DNA of 20,510 nucleotides, taken from the NCBI GenBank assembly GCA_051382305.1, contig JBBCAV010000307.1, positions 1 through 20,510 of the forward strand, written 5' to 3'. A program made the position numbers and the translations under genes. The stretch is from Bdellovibrionota bacterium FG-2. Its GTDB lineage: Bacteria; Bdellovibrionota; UBA1018. Each line of letters begins with the position of its first letter. Position 1 is the stretch's first letter. Shown here one piece after another: positions 8,125-16,810 of this stretch. The notes under the pieces are model-generated. The model did not search any database and was not told the DNA's origin. It saw nothing but the letters and a program-made list of their open reading frames with translations.

Positions 8125-9647
8125 GGTCGCTTTTTCTTCTTCTCCTATTTTTTTCTATTAACAGTCTTGCATCTGAAATGAGGTCAGCGAAAATGCTAAA
8201 GCTTTCATCTTCTACCGCTTCTTTTGCTTTTGATCCGACTTTGGCCCGAGGTTATCAGCAGTTTATGCTGCTAGGACTGTTTTGCGATACTCTTGTACGG
8301 TTGGGAGAGTCTGGGGCCATTGAGGCTGGTATCGCCGAATCTTGGAAGTTTTCTCAAGGACCCGGCAGTCATCGGTTTACTTTCAAGCTCAATTCTCAGG
8401 CGCGATTTCATGATGGGCGTAAAATCAATGCTCGCGATGTTGCATGGAGTTTGTCGAGACATTTTTTTTCTAACTCGAGTTCTATCGTGAAAACGTATCT
8501 GGGGGGAGCCCTCAAGAACACTGCAATTTCTCCTTCCAAATTGCTTGAGGCGATTCAGGTGGAAGGTGATGATACTCTGAGTGTCGAGCTTAAGGGTCCT
8601 TATCAGCCTTTTCTGAGTATTTTGGCCTCGCCTGCGTTTTGTGTGTTGCCTCAAGATTTTGACATAAACAAGCCAGTGGGGTCGGGTCCATATTTGGTTG
8701 AGACGGCCTCAAAAGATGGCAAGACTCTTCTGACTTCTGCGCCCGGTTTTATTGGCAATCCCCCTTTCTTTGGACGGATTTCAGTTACAATACTTAAATT
8801 TAAGGATGAGATTTTGAATGCTTTTAAGAAGGGTGACATTGATTTTGCCTTGGGAATTCCATTTTCTGAGTTTAGAGAGGGAGATTTGCCTGCTGATGGA
8901 GCTTTTCAGCACGGAAATAGTCTTTCAATAACCAGCATTTTTTTGAATCTTAATCGTACCATGTTCAAGAGTCGGGATTTTAGAAAAGACTTGGCTGCAC
9001 TTTTCAATTTGGTGAAAAACTCTCCGGGTGCCATGAGTAGTTTTGATCGGTTGCAGACGAGTTTTTTGCCGATTGGTATCATGCCGCAGTCGTATTATGA
9101 GCGCTCTGCAATCAATATGAGCCCCGCCGCGTTTAAAAAGAAGTGGGTGGGGCAGATTCCTGCTGAATTGGATATCGTAATTGCGATGGGTTTTTGCACA
9201 CCTGAATACAAAACAGCGCTCGCTAGTGTTTTTGAACAGGCGGGCCTGAGTTATCGAATACGGGAACTCAAAGGTGAACCTTTGTTGCAGGCGATGTTTA
9301 AAGGCGATTATGATCTTGCTTTTGTTCCCTACGCGGGGCTTCTCCCGGATCCAGACGGATTTTTAGATCTACTCAGTCCTGAAGGGATCATGAAGGCGGG
9401 ACAGATCCCAAGTGCGAAGGTAATACAAGCGCTTGAAAAAGTTCGCTTTGAAAGTGATACTCAATTGCGGCTTAAGGGATATGAGGGGGTCCTCAAGCCC
9501 TTTGAAGAGGACTATTATCTTATTCCTATAGCGCAGCAAAATTTGCCCGTATTGTATCGGAAGGGTTTGCATGTGCCGGATTCTAAGTTTCGGTTTCATC
9601 TGGATTTGAGGGGGATACGATTGGAGAGTGGCAAGCCAAATGGCTAG
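8121..9647 (+). CDS. Family 5 (OppA/DppA-like) solute-binding protein, orphan
   Basis: Signal peptide. FDP, DTLVR..G.I..GIAESW, FTFKL...ARFHDG.KI.A.DV.WSL and PVGSGPY motifs. No permease or ATPase gene adjacent. Overlaps the kinase start. Confidence 0.9.
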   Translation: MRSLFLLLLFFSINSLASEMRSAKMLKLSSSTASFAFDPTLARGYQQFMLLGLFCDTLVRLGESGAIEAGIAESWKFSQGPGSHRFTFKLNSQARFHDGRKINARDVAWSLSRHFFSNSSSIVKTYLGGALKNTAISPSKLLEAIQVEGDDTLSVELKGPYQPFLSILASPAFCVLPQDFDINKPVGSGPYLVETASKDGKTLLTSAPGFIGNPPFFGRISVTILKFKDEILNAFKKGDIDFALGIPFSEFREGDLPADGAFQHGNSLSITSIFLNLNRTMFKSRDFRKDLAALFNLVKNSPGAMSSFDRLQTSFLPIGIMPQSYYERSAINMSPAAFKKKWVGQIPAELDIVIAMGFCTPEYKTALASVFEQAGLSYRIRELKGEPLLQAMFKGDYDLAFVPYAGLLPDPDGFLDLLSPEGIMKAGQIPSAKVIQALEKVRFESDTQLRLKGYEGVLKPFEEDYYLIPIAQQNLPVLYRKGLHVPDSKFRFHLDLRGIRLESGKPNG

Positions 9648-11523
9648 TATGGAAGTTCGATCTCAATCGCTCGCGCGATTTCTTTTTGGGCGCCTTATGC
9701 TTTGGCTGGGGCTGGGATTTATTTTCTTCGCCGTCGTTTCGAGTTTCTATCTGATTCGTTTGACTAGGCAAATTGCTCGAGAACGAGCCGAAGTTTCTCA
9801 ACATTGGTTTACGGCGGGAATTCGAGAGGATGTTTTGTCGGGGATTGATTCTTCGAGCTATCGCAAATGTGAAATGCTTTTTTCTGAGAAATCAGTTTTG
9901 CGGGTCGAAGTCAAAACTTCAGATCGCGTGATATGTAGTCTTGAGAAGCCTAAGTGGGACCGGGGGATAGCCATAGATACGAGTGTTTTTTTTGATAGGC
10001 AGGAGAAAAATAAGGCTGCAACTCTGACTGTTTTTTACGATCAGTCTTTTGTGACGGAGTTGCTAGAGAAGATGCTGGTCTTTTTTGTGATCGTTCTTTT
10101 GCTTTTTCTTCCTGTATTTTATCTGTTGGTTCGTAGAGTAGATCGGGTTCTTTCGAGGCCGGTATCGATATTGGCGAATCGCTTCAAAGAAGGTTTGCCC
10201 GAATTCAGTGTCCCGGAAAAAGCGGAACTTGCACAGTCTGAGATAACTGAAATTCGGGATATTCTTGGAAGTTTCTTGGGTGCCTATTCTCGAATTCAAG
10301 CTTTTCAAGATCAGGCTCTCAGAGATGCGGCGTCAAGAAGTTTGGCCGCCATCGCCACCCAAGTCTCCCACGACATCCGCTCCCCCCTTGCTGCATTGAT
10401 CTCTGTTGCCCACAACAGCCCTGGTCTCCCGGAGGACTCACGCGTGCAGCTCAGAGAAGCCGCGAATCGAATTCGCGATATTGCGAATCAGCTTTTGGAA
10501 AAGAACCGCGAAAAGAAGCAGGAGAAACGCAATGTCTCAGCAGGCGCAGAGGGCCACGCGTCCGAAGATCCTCACTCCGGCGCCGGAGGCGCAGCGCGTC
10601 TTGATGGCATGTCCACCGAAGATCGCTCCACCCAGCTCCTCTCCGCCATCCTCGAGTCCGCTATCTCCTCAAAACGCCTGCAATACGCCGATAACCCACA
10701 AATCAAAATCGAATCACATACCGAGGATAGCGACTCTGCCTACGGACTTTTTGCGACACTTCAGTCGACCGAATTCTCACGCGTGGTTTCGAACCTAATC
10801 AACAACGCGGTCGAAGCTTTTGGTGAAGCGCCCATGCCCTCAAAAAAACCCGGGCGCGTCGACGTTTTCCTTCGAGACGAGCAGGGCAACGCTGTGATTG
10901 AGGTCCGCGATAACGGCAAGGGAATTCCCCCGCACCTTTTGGCAAAAATTGGCGGGCAGGGTGAGACTCATGGCAAGGCGGGCGGCTCGGGCTTGGGCGT
11001 GTATCACGCGAAGAAAACGATCGAAGCGTGGGGGGGCCGGCTTGAGATTGAGTCGCGAGAAGGCCCAAATGAAAACCAGGGCACGACGGTGCGAATGAAA
11101 CTGCCGAAAGCGGCGGCGCCCGGGTGGTTTGCGCCGAAGATTCCGGTGGAGGGGATACGAACCATTGTCGTTTTGGACGACGATCCAGGCATTCACAAAA
11201 TTTGGGAGGGGCGGTTGGCGGCGCGTGTGGGGTCGCGAGAACAGGTGGTCGTGCTGCATTTTTATTCCGCGCAAGAGATTCTTAAATGGTATCGCTCGAG
11301 CCTGGGCATGGGCGAAGCTGGCGATAACCCGCTGTATCTTTGTGATTATGAGCTGGTGGGTTCAAAAGAAACGGGCCTCGACGTTATTGAAAAGTTGGGC
11401 ATAGCTCCGCAAAGCATTTTGGTGACCAGTCGCTACGATGAACCCGCCATTCAAGAACGCTGCGTGCGGTTTGGGGCAAAGCTGTTGCCCAAGGGACTGG
11501 CGCATCGGGTGCCGCTGGGGTGA
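9628..11523 (+). CDS. Membrane hybrid sensor histidine kinase (2 TM, HisKA, HATPase_c, C-terminal receiver-like domain)
   Basis: Two TM helices flank a short periplasmic domain. H-box QVSHDIRSPL, N-box NLINNAVEA, DNGKGI, GSGLGV. Receiver-like VVLDDD...LCDYEL...GLDVIE...LVTSR. Exact start may be 9640 or 9649. Confidence 0.93.
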   Translation: MASQMASMEVRSQSLARFLFGRLMLWLGLGFIFFAVVSSFYLIRLTRQIARERAEVSQHWFTAGIREDVLSGIDSSSYRKCEMLFSEKSVLRVEVKTSDRVICSLEKPKWDRGIAIDTSVFFDRQEKNKAATLTVFYDQSFVTELLEKMLVFFVIVLLLFLPVFYLLVRRVDRVLSRPVSILANRFKEGLPEFSVPEKAELAQSEITEIRDILGSFLGAYSRIQAFQDQALRDAASRSLAAIATQVSHDIRSPLAALISVAHNSPGLPEDSRVQLREAANRIRDIANQLLEKNREKKQEKRNVSAGAEGHASEDPHSGAGGAARLDGMSTEDRSTQLLSAILESAISSKRLQYADNPQIKIESHTEDSDSAYGLFATLQSTEFSRVVSNLINNAVEAFGEAPMPSKKPGRVDVFLRDEQGNAVIEVRDNGKGIPPHLLAKIGGQGETHGKAGGSGLGVYHAKKTIEAWGGRLEIESREGPNENQGTTVRMKLPKAAAPGWFAPKIPVEGIRTIVVLDDDPGIHKIWEGRLAARVGSREQVVVLHFYSAQEILKWYRSSLGMGEAGDNPLYLCDYELVGSKETGLDVIEKLGIAPQSILVTSRYDEPAIQERCVRFGAKLLPKGLAHRVPLG

Positions 11524-11538
11524 AGAGGGGTTGCGCAG

Positions 11539-12011
11539 GCTCTCGGGCGCTGGCAAAGCTTTTTATTCCACATCCGCTTGTATGTATCCCGCCGCACCCG
11601 ACAGCGAATACGGATGGGAGAAGCTGTTCAGCTTTGGCCCTGAAGGGACCTGGAACGGGGGCAAGGAAAAAGCTCCTGCTGCTTTGTCGCGTAAAATCGC
11701 AGGGGCTGCCGATGGCGGCGAAATCGAAATTTGGCCACAAGGATCCAGTGACGGGAAACAAACCCGCTCGTTTCTGTATATTGAAGAGTGCTTAGAGGGC
11801 GTTCGCCGTTTGATGAATTCTGATGTTACAGGCCCTGTCAACATCGGCTCCGAATAGATGGTCAGCGTTTTTGAACCTAGGGCTTTGCCGAAATGATCAT
11901 GAAAACCGCGGAGAAAAAGGTGACGATTAAGAGTATTCCGGGTCCGGTGGGAGTGCGCGGACGCACTTCGATGCCGCTGAATTAAGGGGCAGATGGCGAA
12001 GGGGTGAGTGG
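11539..12011 (+). pseudogene. Decayed GDP-mannose 3,5-epimerase-like SDR fragment, repeat copy A
   Basis: FYSTSACMYP, DSEYGWEKLFS (YxxxK), GKEKAPAALSRK, QTRSFLYIEECLEGVRRLM, PVNIGSE, GPVGVRGR. Carries deletions, a stop and frameshifts, and lacks the N-terminal Rossmann motif. Confidence 0.85.
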
Positions 12012-12334
12012 GGGTGGCAAGCATGAGAGAAGCAAAGCTAAATCGTCGAGGAATTTAGGAGTGGAAACGGTAGGTAGGTGTTGTTCAACAAGCGGCTCCC
12101 GGTTAGCACAAGGCTTGCATCTTGTGTCGTTACGTGAGTTTAGCGTAAATGTGAGGTGACGATTGCCGTCAAAGTGTCTAAAGTTTTGACGATTATGGAG
12201 GTATTAGTTCTTTACTTGAGTTCTTGCGAATAGGGACCGATAATGGATTGTGGGCAAGGTAGCCCCGGTTCTTAAAGTTTTGGCTTGCAATGTTATTGGT
12301 GACGACCTAATACTTGGCTAGAAAGTTTGATTAT

Positions 12335-12394
12335 CACCCCTGGTGCTTCGGTGCCAGGGTGCGAAGCCGCCGAAAGGCGGCTTCTGCGTTTTTT
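12335..12394 (+). ncRNA. Structured RNA leader upstream of the NYN gene (two tetraloop hairpins plus U-tract)
   Basis: CACCCCTGGTGC-TTCG-GTGCCAGGGTG (cUUCGg loop, G-U pairs), then GAAGCCGCC-GAAA-GGCGGCTTC, then T6 immediately before the ATG at 12395. Confidence 0.6.
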
Positions 12395-13033
12395 ATGAGC
12401 AAGAAATTCAAAACGATTGTCTACATAGATGGGTTCAATCTTTATTACGGATGCCTCAAAGGTACTCCGTATCGCTGGCTCAATCTTAGAACGATGGTTG
12501 AAAAAATTCTTCCCAAGAATGAAATTGTTCAAATTAAGTACTTTACTGCTCAGGTGAGCGGTTCTGTGGATGATCCAGATAAGCCACAAAGACAGCTCAC
12601 TTACCAGCGCGCACTTAAGACCATACCAAATCTCGAAATTTACAAGGGGCAGTTTCTGAGTCATCCCGGCTGGAGACCTTTGGCCGATGGAGGCAAGATG
12701 GTCAGAGTTATGTTGACTCAGGAAAAAGGATCAGACGTGAATTTGGCTACTCATGTTTTGGCCGACGCATTTGATAGGAAATTTGACGCGGCTACCATTG
12801 TTAGCAATGACTCAGACCTTAAGGCTCCGTTGGTACTCGTGAGGGATCGATTTAAAAAAGGTGTGGTTTGGATCAATCCTCATTCGGAGAATCCTGATTC
12901 GAAACCCAGCGGTGAGCTGAATCAGGTTGCCTCGATCAAACGAGGAGTTTTTGAAGAGACCTTGAAGGTGAGCCAGTTTTCGACAGAGATGAGTGATGCG
13001 AAAGGGCTCTTTCATAAACCGAAAGGCTGGTAG
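12395..13033 (+). CDS. NYN domain (LabA/DUF88, PIN-like) ribonuclease
   Basis: VYIDGFNLYYG, IKYFTA, QEKGSDVNLA, IVSNDSDL. Start moved to ATG 12395 because the tracked N-terminal extension runs through the hairpins. Confidence 0.92.
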   Translation: MSKKFKTIVYIDGFNLYYGCLKGTPYRWLNLRTMVEKILPKNEIVQIKYFTAQVSGSVDDPDKPQRQLTYQRALKTIPNLEIYKGQFLSHPGWRPLADGGKMVRVMLTQEKGSDVNLATHVLADAFDRKFDAATIVSNDSDLKAPLVLVRDRFKKGVVWINPHSENPDSKPSGELNQVASIKRGVFEETLKVSQFSTEMSDAKGLFHKPKGW

Positions 13034-13040
13034 GGCGTGA

Positions 13041-13627
13041 GCTCTCGGGCGCAGGCATAGTTTTTTATTCCTCATCTGCTTGTATGTATCCCGAGCACAA
13101 TCAATTGGATCCTAACAACCCCAAGTGCTCCGAAGACTCCGCCTATCCCGCCGCACCCGACAGCGAATACGGCTGGGAGAAGTTGTTCAGCTTTGGCCCT
13201 GAAGGGACCTGGAAAGGGGGCAAGGAAAAAGCTCCTGCTGCTTTGTCGCGTAAAATCGCAGGGGCTGCCGATGGCGATGAAATCGAAATTTGGCAATAAG
13301 TAAGAATCAATCACGGGAAACAAACCCGCTCGTTTCTGTATATTGAAGAGTGCTTAGAGGGCGTTCGCCGTTTGATGAATTCGGATTTCACAGGCCCTGT
13401 CAACATCGGCTCCGAATGGATGGTCAGCGTTTTTGAATTTAGGGCTTTGTTGAAATGATTATGAAAAGCGCTGGGAGTCACGATTGAGAGTAAGCCGGGT
13501 CCAGTGGGAGTGCGCGGACGCACTTCGGATAATGCACCGAAGAGTGCAATGATTTGTAAAAAACATAACCGGGCACCTTCGATGCTGTATAAGTGGATCA
13601 AGGGGCAGATGGCGAAGGGGTGAGTGG
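13041..13627 (+). pseudogene. Decayed GDP-mannose 3,5-epimerase-like fragment, repeat copy B (longest)
   Basis: Long near-identical stretches shared with 11539-12011. Retains EHNQLDPNNPKCSEDSAYP. In-frame stop after EIEIWQ. Confidence 0.85.
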
Positions 13628-14347
13628 CGGGTTTGGCGGGTTTAATTTGTAACTAGCGCCACGCCCGGCTTTTGCTGAAGCCGCAAAAACACCTTTTTTT
13701 ACTAACAATTGAAGCTCTCTTGACGCCGTCCGCTCGGAAACGGATCCAAGGGTTTGATAATCGCTATTCGTGATTTGACCATTTTTGCGAACGAACTCAA
13801 TTGCATGGATCTGACGCTCATTTAACCCAAGTTTATCCAGCTGTTCCTTTGACCACTGTTCCCGCCGAAAAATTACGCGAAACCGCGAATGCATGCTGAT
13901 GTCAAATTCAGGAACGGGCAATTGCGACGCACGCATTATCTCTACCATCCGGACAGTTCCTGATCCCCATCGTTCAATTAGCCCAGTATTAAAAAACGCT
14001 TCTGCAATCTTGTCGTTGCGGGGGACGGAGTCATGATCCTGCAATAGGTTCTTGGGTGAAAGCGACGGAGGGAGCGTTCCTGGGTTCCAAATCTCGAGCC
14101 GATCATCGTACAACCGAATTTGAATATTGCCGCGTTCGTTATAGTCGCGATGACAGACCGCATTCAGTAACGCTTCTCGAATTGCATCCAAGGGGTACTC
14201 CCAAATCACCTCTCGGCGCGGTTCCCCTTTGATCGCAAACTCCGTTTTGAAACCAACTATCTCTCTCAGAATGGTGATGTGTCTGCGTCTGGTTTGGAGG
14301 GCAACGAAAAAAGACTCCTGATTTTTAGGCAGGAAGAGCATTTTCAT
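13598..14347 (-). pseudogene. 5'-truncated ATP-binding/RecG C-terminal (HATPase_c_4) plus winged-HTH protein
   Basis: EYPLDAIREALLNAVCHRDY, DDRLEIWNPG, PRN..IA, IERWGSG and a C-terminal HTH (ITNSDY..VSERTASRELQ). The N-terminal domain usual in this family (often AlbA_2/Schlafen) is absent. Confidence 0.75.
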
Positions 14348-14587
14348 ATTTTCTTGGAGCGCATTCGAAAAACTTCTTTTCAGCGTGCGGGCGATTTACT
14401 GCCGGTGCCGAAAACGGTGGTTGATTGTGAGCTGCCAGGGCCGTGGTCCAAATATGCGACAGTGTGGCGTGTGATGTATAAGTTGCTTACGGAGCGGTAT
14501 CTCGAGGCAGATGATTTCTTCTTCTTTTAGGGCTGCCCACATAAAGGTAATGATATCAGTGGATTAGTTTTTTAGGATTGATTTTTG

Positions 14588-14624
14588 TTGTAGTTTAAAT
14601 ACAATTATTGTAATATAAATACAA
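14588..14624. promoter_or_regulatory. Tandem palindromic operators TTGTA-N7-TACAA (x2)
   Basis: TTGTAGTTTAAATACAA (14588-14604) and TTGTAATATAAATACAA (14608-14624) lie just before the RBS of the XRE gene. Confidence 0.75.
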
Positions 14625-14641
14625 CAGAGAGGTGGTCTGTA

Positions 14642-15013
14642 GTGCCAGGCAAAACATTTGGGACATTTTTCAGAGCGCAGCGGATGAAGCGCAAGCTCAC
14701 GTTACGCAAATTTTGTGAAGATCACGAATTTGATCCTGGGAACATTTCAAAAATTGAGCGGGATCTGTTTAGTGCTCCTCAATCTGATGAAAAGCTCCGA
14801 GAATATGCCAATGCGCTGTTGCTTGTAGAGGGATCGGATGACTGGGTTGAATTTTTTGATCTTGCCTCTGTCTCAAACAAGACGGTAGGCATCGGTAGAA
14901 TCAGCGATGAAACGCTCCTGAGAAAATTGCCCGTTCTGTTTAGGACCCTTGAAAATAAGGAGCTGACAGAAGAAAAGTTAGATCAGTTGATTGAGTTGAT
15001 TCGTAGGTCTTGA
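14642..15013 (+). CDS. XRE-family HTH transcriptional regulator
   Basis: FG.FFRAQRMKRKLTLRKFC...DPGNISKIER HTH signature. GAGG RBS. Confidence 0.88.
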   Translation: MPGKTFGTFFRAQRMKRKLTLRKFCEDHEFDPGNISKIERDLFSAPQSDEKLREYANALLLVEGSDDWVEFFDLASVSNKTVGIGRISDETLLRKLPVLFRTLENKELTEEKLDQLIELIRRS

Positions 15014-15017
15014 AAGT

Positions 15018-15602
15018 ATGACGTCGTTCCTGACTTCCGCTGACATCGACAAGGCCGTGAATGCGTTTTTGCAGAAGTTTCACCCGAGTCGGTCGATCCC
15101 CATCCCCGTAGAAGAGATAATCGAAACTGAAATTGGCGCTGCAATCACAACGATTCGCGGTCTTATGGACGAACTCAGCATAGACGGCTTTTTTTCAAAC
15201 ACCTTTGATGAATTGTTTATAGATTACCACATTTTTATGAATAGAACGCCTAGGGCTCGGTTTACATTTGCACACGAATTGGGCCATTTCTGGCTGCATT
15301 ACGATTACGTCACTGGACAAGAAATTCCCTCCACTCAGTTCTGGAAGCAAATGAAGATGGAGCAGCAGAACCAAGATCACTCGCGCTTCGAAGTTCAGGC
15401 GAATATGTTCGGTGCGCAGCTGCTTATGCCCAAAAAAGAAATACTTCGGGAGTTTAGCCGTATCAAGAAGGCTTACGAAATAAAGGCAAAACAAACCTTT
15501 CCTGATGCAGTCATCGCTCCGTATGTCGCAAAAGAGGTTGCCAAAATATTCATGGTCTCCGAAGAATCTGCCGCGTATCGGTTAAAGGATTTTTTCAAAT
15601 GA
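15018..15602 (+). CDS. ImmA/IrrE family metallo-endopeptidase (Peptidase M78/DUF955)
   Basis: IPIPVEEI, RARFTFAHELGH (HExxH), EVQANMFGAQLLMP, F.VS..AAYRL. Confidence 0.92.
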   Translation: MTSFLTSADIDKAVNAFLQKFHPSRSIPIPVEEIIETEIGAAITTIRGLMDELSIDGFFSNTFDELFIDYHIFMNRTPRARFTFAHELGHFWLHYDYVTGQEIPSTQFWKQMKMEQQNQDHSRFEVQANMFGAQLLMPKKEILREFSRIKKAYEIKAKQTFPDAVIAPYVAKEVAKIFMVSEESAAYRLKDFFK

Positions 15603-15674
15603 GCTGGCAGAAAGTTATTCGGTCATACGCGCCGATCAGGAAATTGAATTTAGGTTGAGAAATGGAGTGAGAGA

Positions 15675-15870
15675 CTCCGAATGGATGGTCAGTGTTTTTG
15701 AACCTAGGGGCTTTGCCGAAATGATCATGAAGATTGCGGAGAAGAAGGTGACGATTAAGAATATTCCGGGTCCGGTGGGAGTGCGCGGACGTACGTCGGA
15801 TAATGCCCCGAAGAGTGCAATGATTCGCAAGAAGCTTGGCTGGGCACCTTCGATGCCGCGGGCGGGGTGA
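15675..15870 (+). pseudogene. Right-half copy C of the epimerase-derived repeat
   Basis: ctccgaatggatggtcag...ccgggtccggtgggagtgcgcggacg...KKLGWAPSMP matches the 3' halves of copies A and B. Confidence 0.82.
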
Positions 15871-15873
15871 GGG

Positions 15874-16105
15874 CTAAGGGTGAACTTCGAGAGGGAGCCT
15901 GGAAAGAATTTCAGAGAAGACTATTTCGGCGATACTGATTGCTATTTGAACTTCACTTTCTTCGATTTCATCGGAAAAACCAGGGTAGCGAGTGGTTGCG
16001 GCGTAGGGATTCAAACAAACGGCCTCGTCAATGAGTTCAGTGAGAGTCGCGTCTTTCTTGAGAGCTAGATCACCATGATAGCTGTCCCCGAGGATCAAGC
16101 GGCAT
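15874..16105 (-). pseudogene. HEPN domain toxin with an internal deletion
   Basis: ATG at 16105 (MPLDP...) overlaps the MNT stop. The C-terminal LNPYAATTRYPG...AISIAE is in another frame, and the central helices are missing. Confidence 0.7.
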
Positions 16106-16412
16106 AGAACTCTTTTCCTTCGTGGATCGCGGTTTCTGGCAACGATCTGATGACTGATTTTCTTTACTCAAATTTTTGCTCGCTAAAGATAATGACGCCA
16201 ATAGGAGCAGGGATGCCTCTGAGGGCGCTACGATAAGTGCGCTGGGCCAATCGATACCCGGGGGCGTCGGCTGTTGGCGTGATTTCAATCACGATCACAA
16301 GGATGTCGTAGTCACTGTTCGCGGAGCCCTCGCCCCGCGCACGCGAGCCAAAAAGAAACACACGTTTGGGGTGAAACTCTGCCACGAGCCAGCCAGGTGG
16401 CGTCAAGTGCAT
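16095..16412 (-). pseudogene. Minimal nucleotidyltransferase (MNT) antitoxin with a premature stop
   Basis: FLFGSRARG...NSDYDILVIV. An in-frame TAA at 16164-16166 is followed by the typical tail RKSVIRSLPETAIHEGKEFYAA* ending at 16095. Confidence 0.8.
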
Positions 16413-16463
16413 AAGCAGGGAAGCTGAGGCCGTGCTATAGTAGGTTCAAGATAGGAGTTTTCT

Positions 16464-16790
16464 ATGGCAAAAGCAGAGATCAAGTTTCCGAAAAAAGGTG
16501 CCGTCTCCAAACTCAGGCAGATGAATAATAGCATGAGACATCAGCCCGTTTCGCCTGAACTGGTGGAATCGCTGAAGAAACGTCCAGAGAAGAATCTCCA
16601 AAGGAGATTGCTACATCGAAGCGTAAGCAGGAACCTAATCTGGGACTCTGAAGGGGCGGTTGGGGTGAAGAAAGGATTCTGTGAGTTAGCGTCTTTCCTT
16701 GCGGCCCATTCGGGAGCGCGCCGGGGCTGTCTCGTGGATCATTTTAGCGCACCCGAATCGTTTTGTCTTTCTTCCCGATCGCTTGCTTGA
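16464..16790 (+). CDS. Small basic hypothetical protein
   Basis: Strong AGGAG RBS before the ATG. No family recognised, and the C-terminal half is doubtful. Confidence 0.4.
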   Translation: MAKAEIKFPKKGAVSKLRQMNNSMRHQPVSPELVESLKKRPEKNLQRRLLHRSVSRNLIWDSEGAVGVKKGFCELASFLAAHSGARRGCLVDHFSAPESFCLSSRSLA

Positions 16791-16810
16791 AGAGGGGTGA
16801 ACTCAGAACT

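Noticed and set aside
8121-9647. Opp/Dpp peptide uptake operon
   Set aside because: No permease or ATPase genes follow either SBP. Both SBPs are coupled to kinases instead.
12103-12119. Third sigma54-like site TTAGCACAAGGCTTGCA
   Set aside because: The -24 element is AG rather than the near-invariant GG, and no gene start lies close downstream.
14279-14530. 83-aa plus-strand ORF as a gene
   Set aside because: It has no recognisable motif, overlaps the truncated minus-strand gene, and lies in a decayed junction.
11539-15870. IS/MITE or CRISPR interpretation of the repeats
   Set aside because: No transposase, terminal inverted repeats or regular repeat-spacer period were seen. The repeats translate as epimerase fragments.
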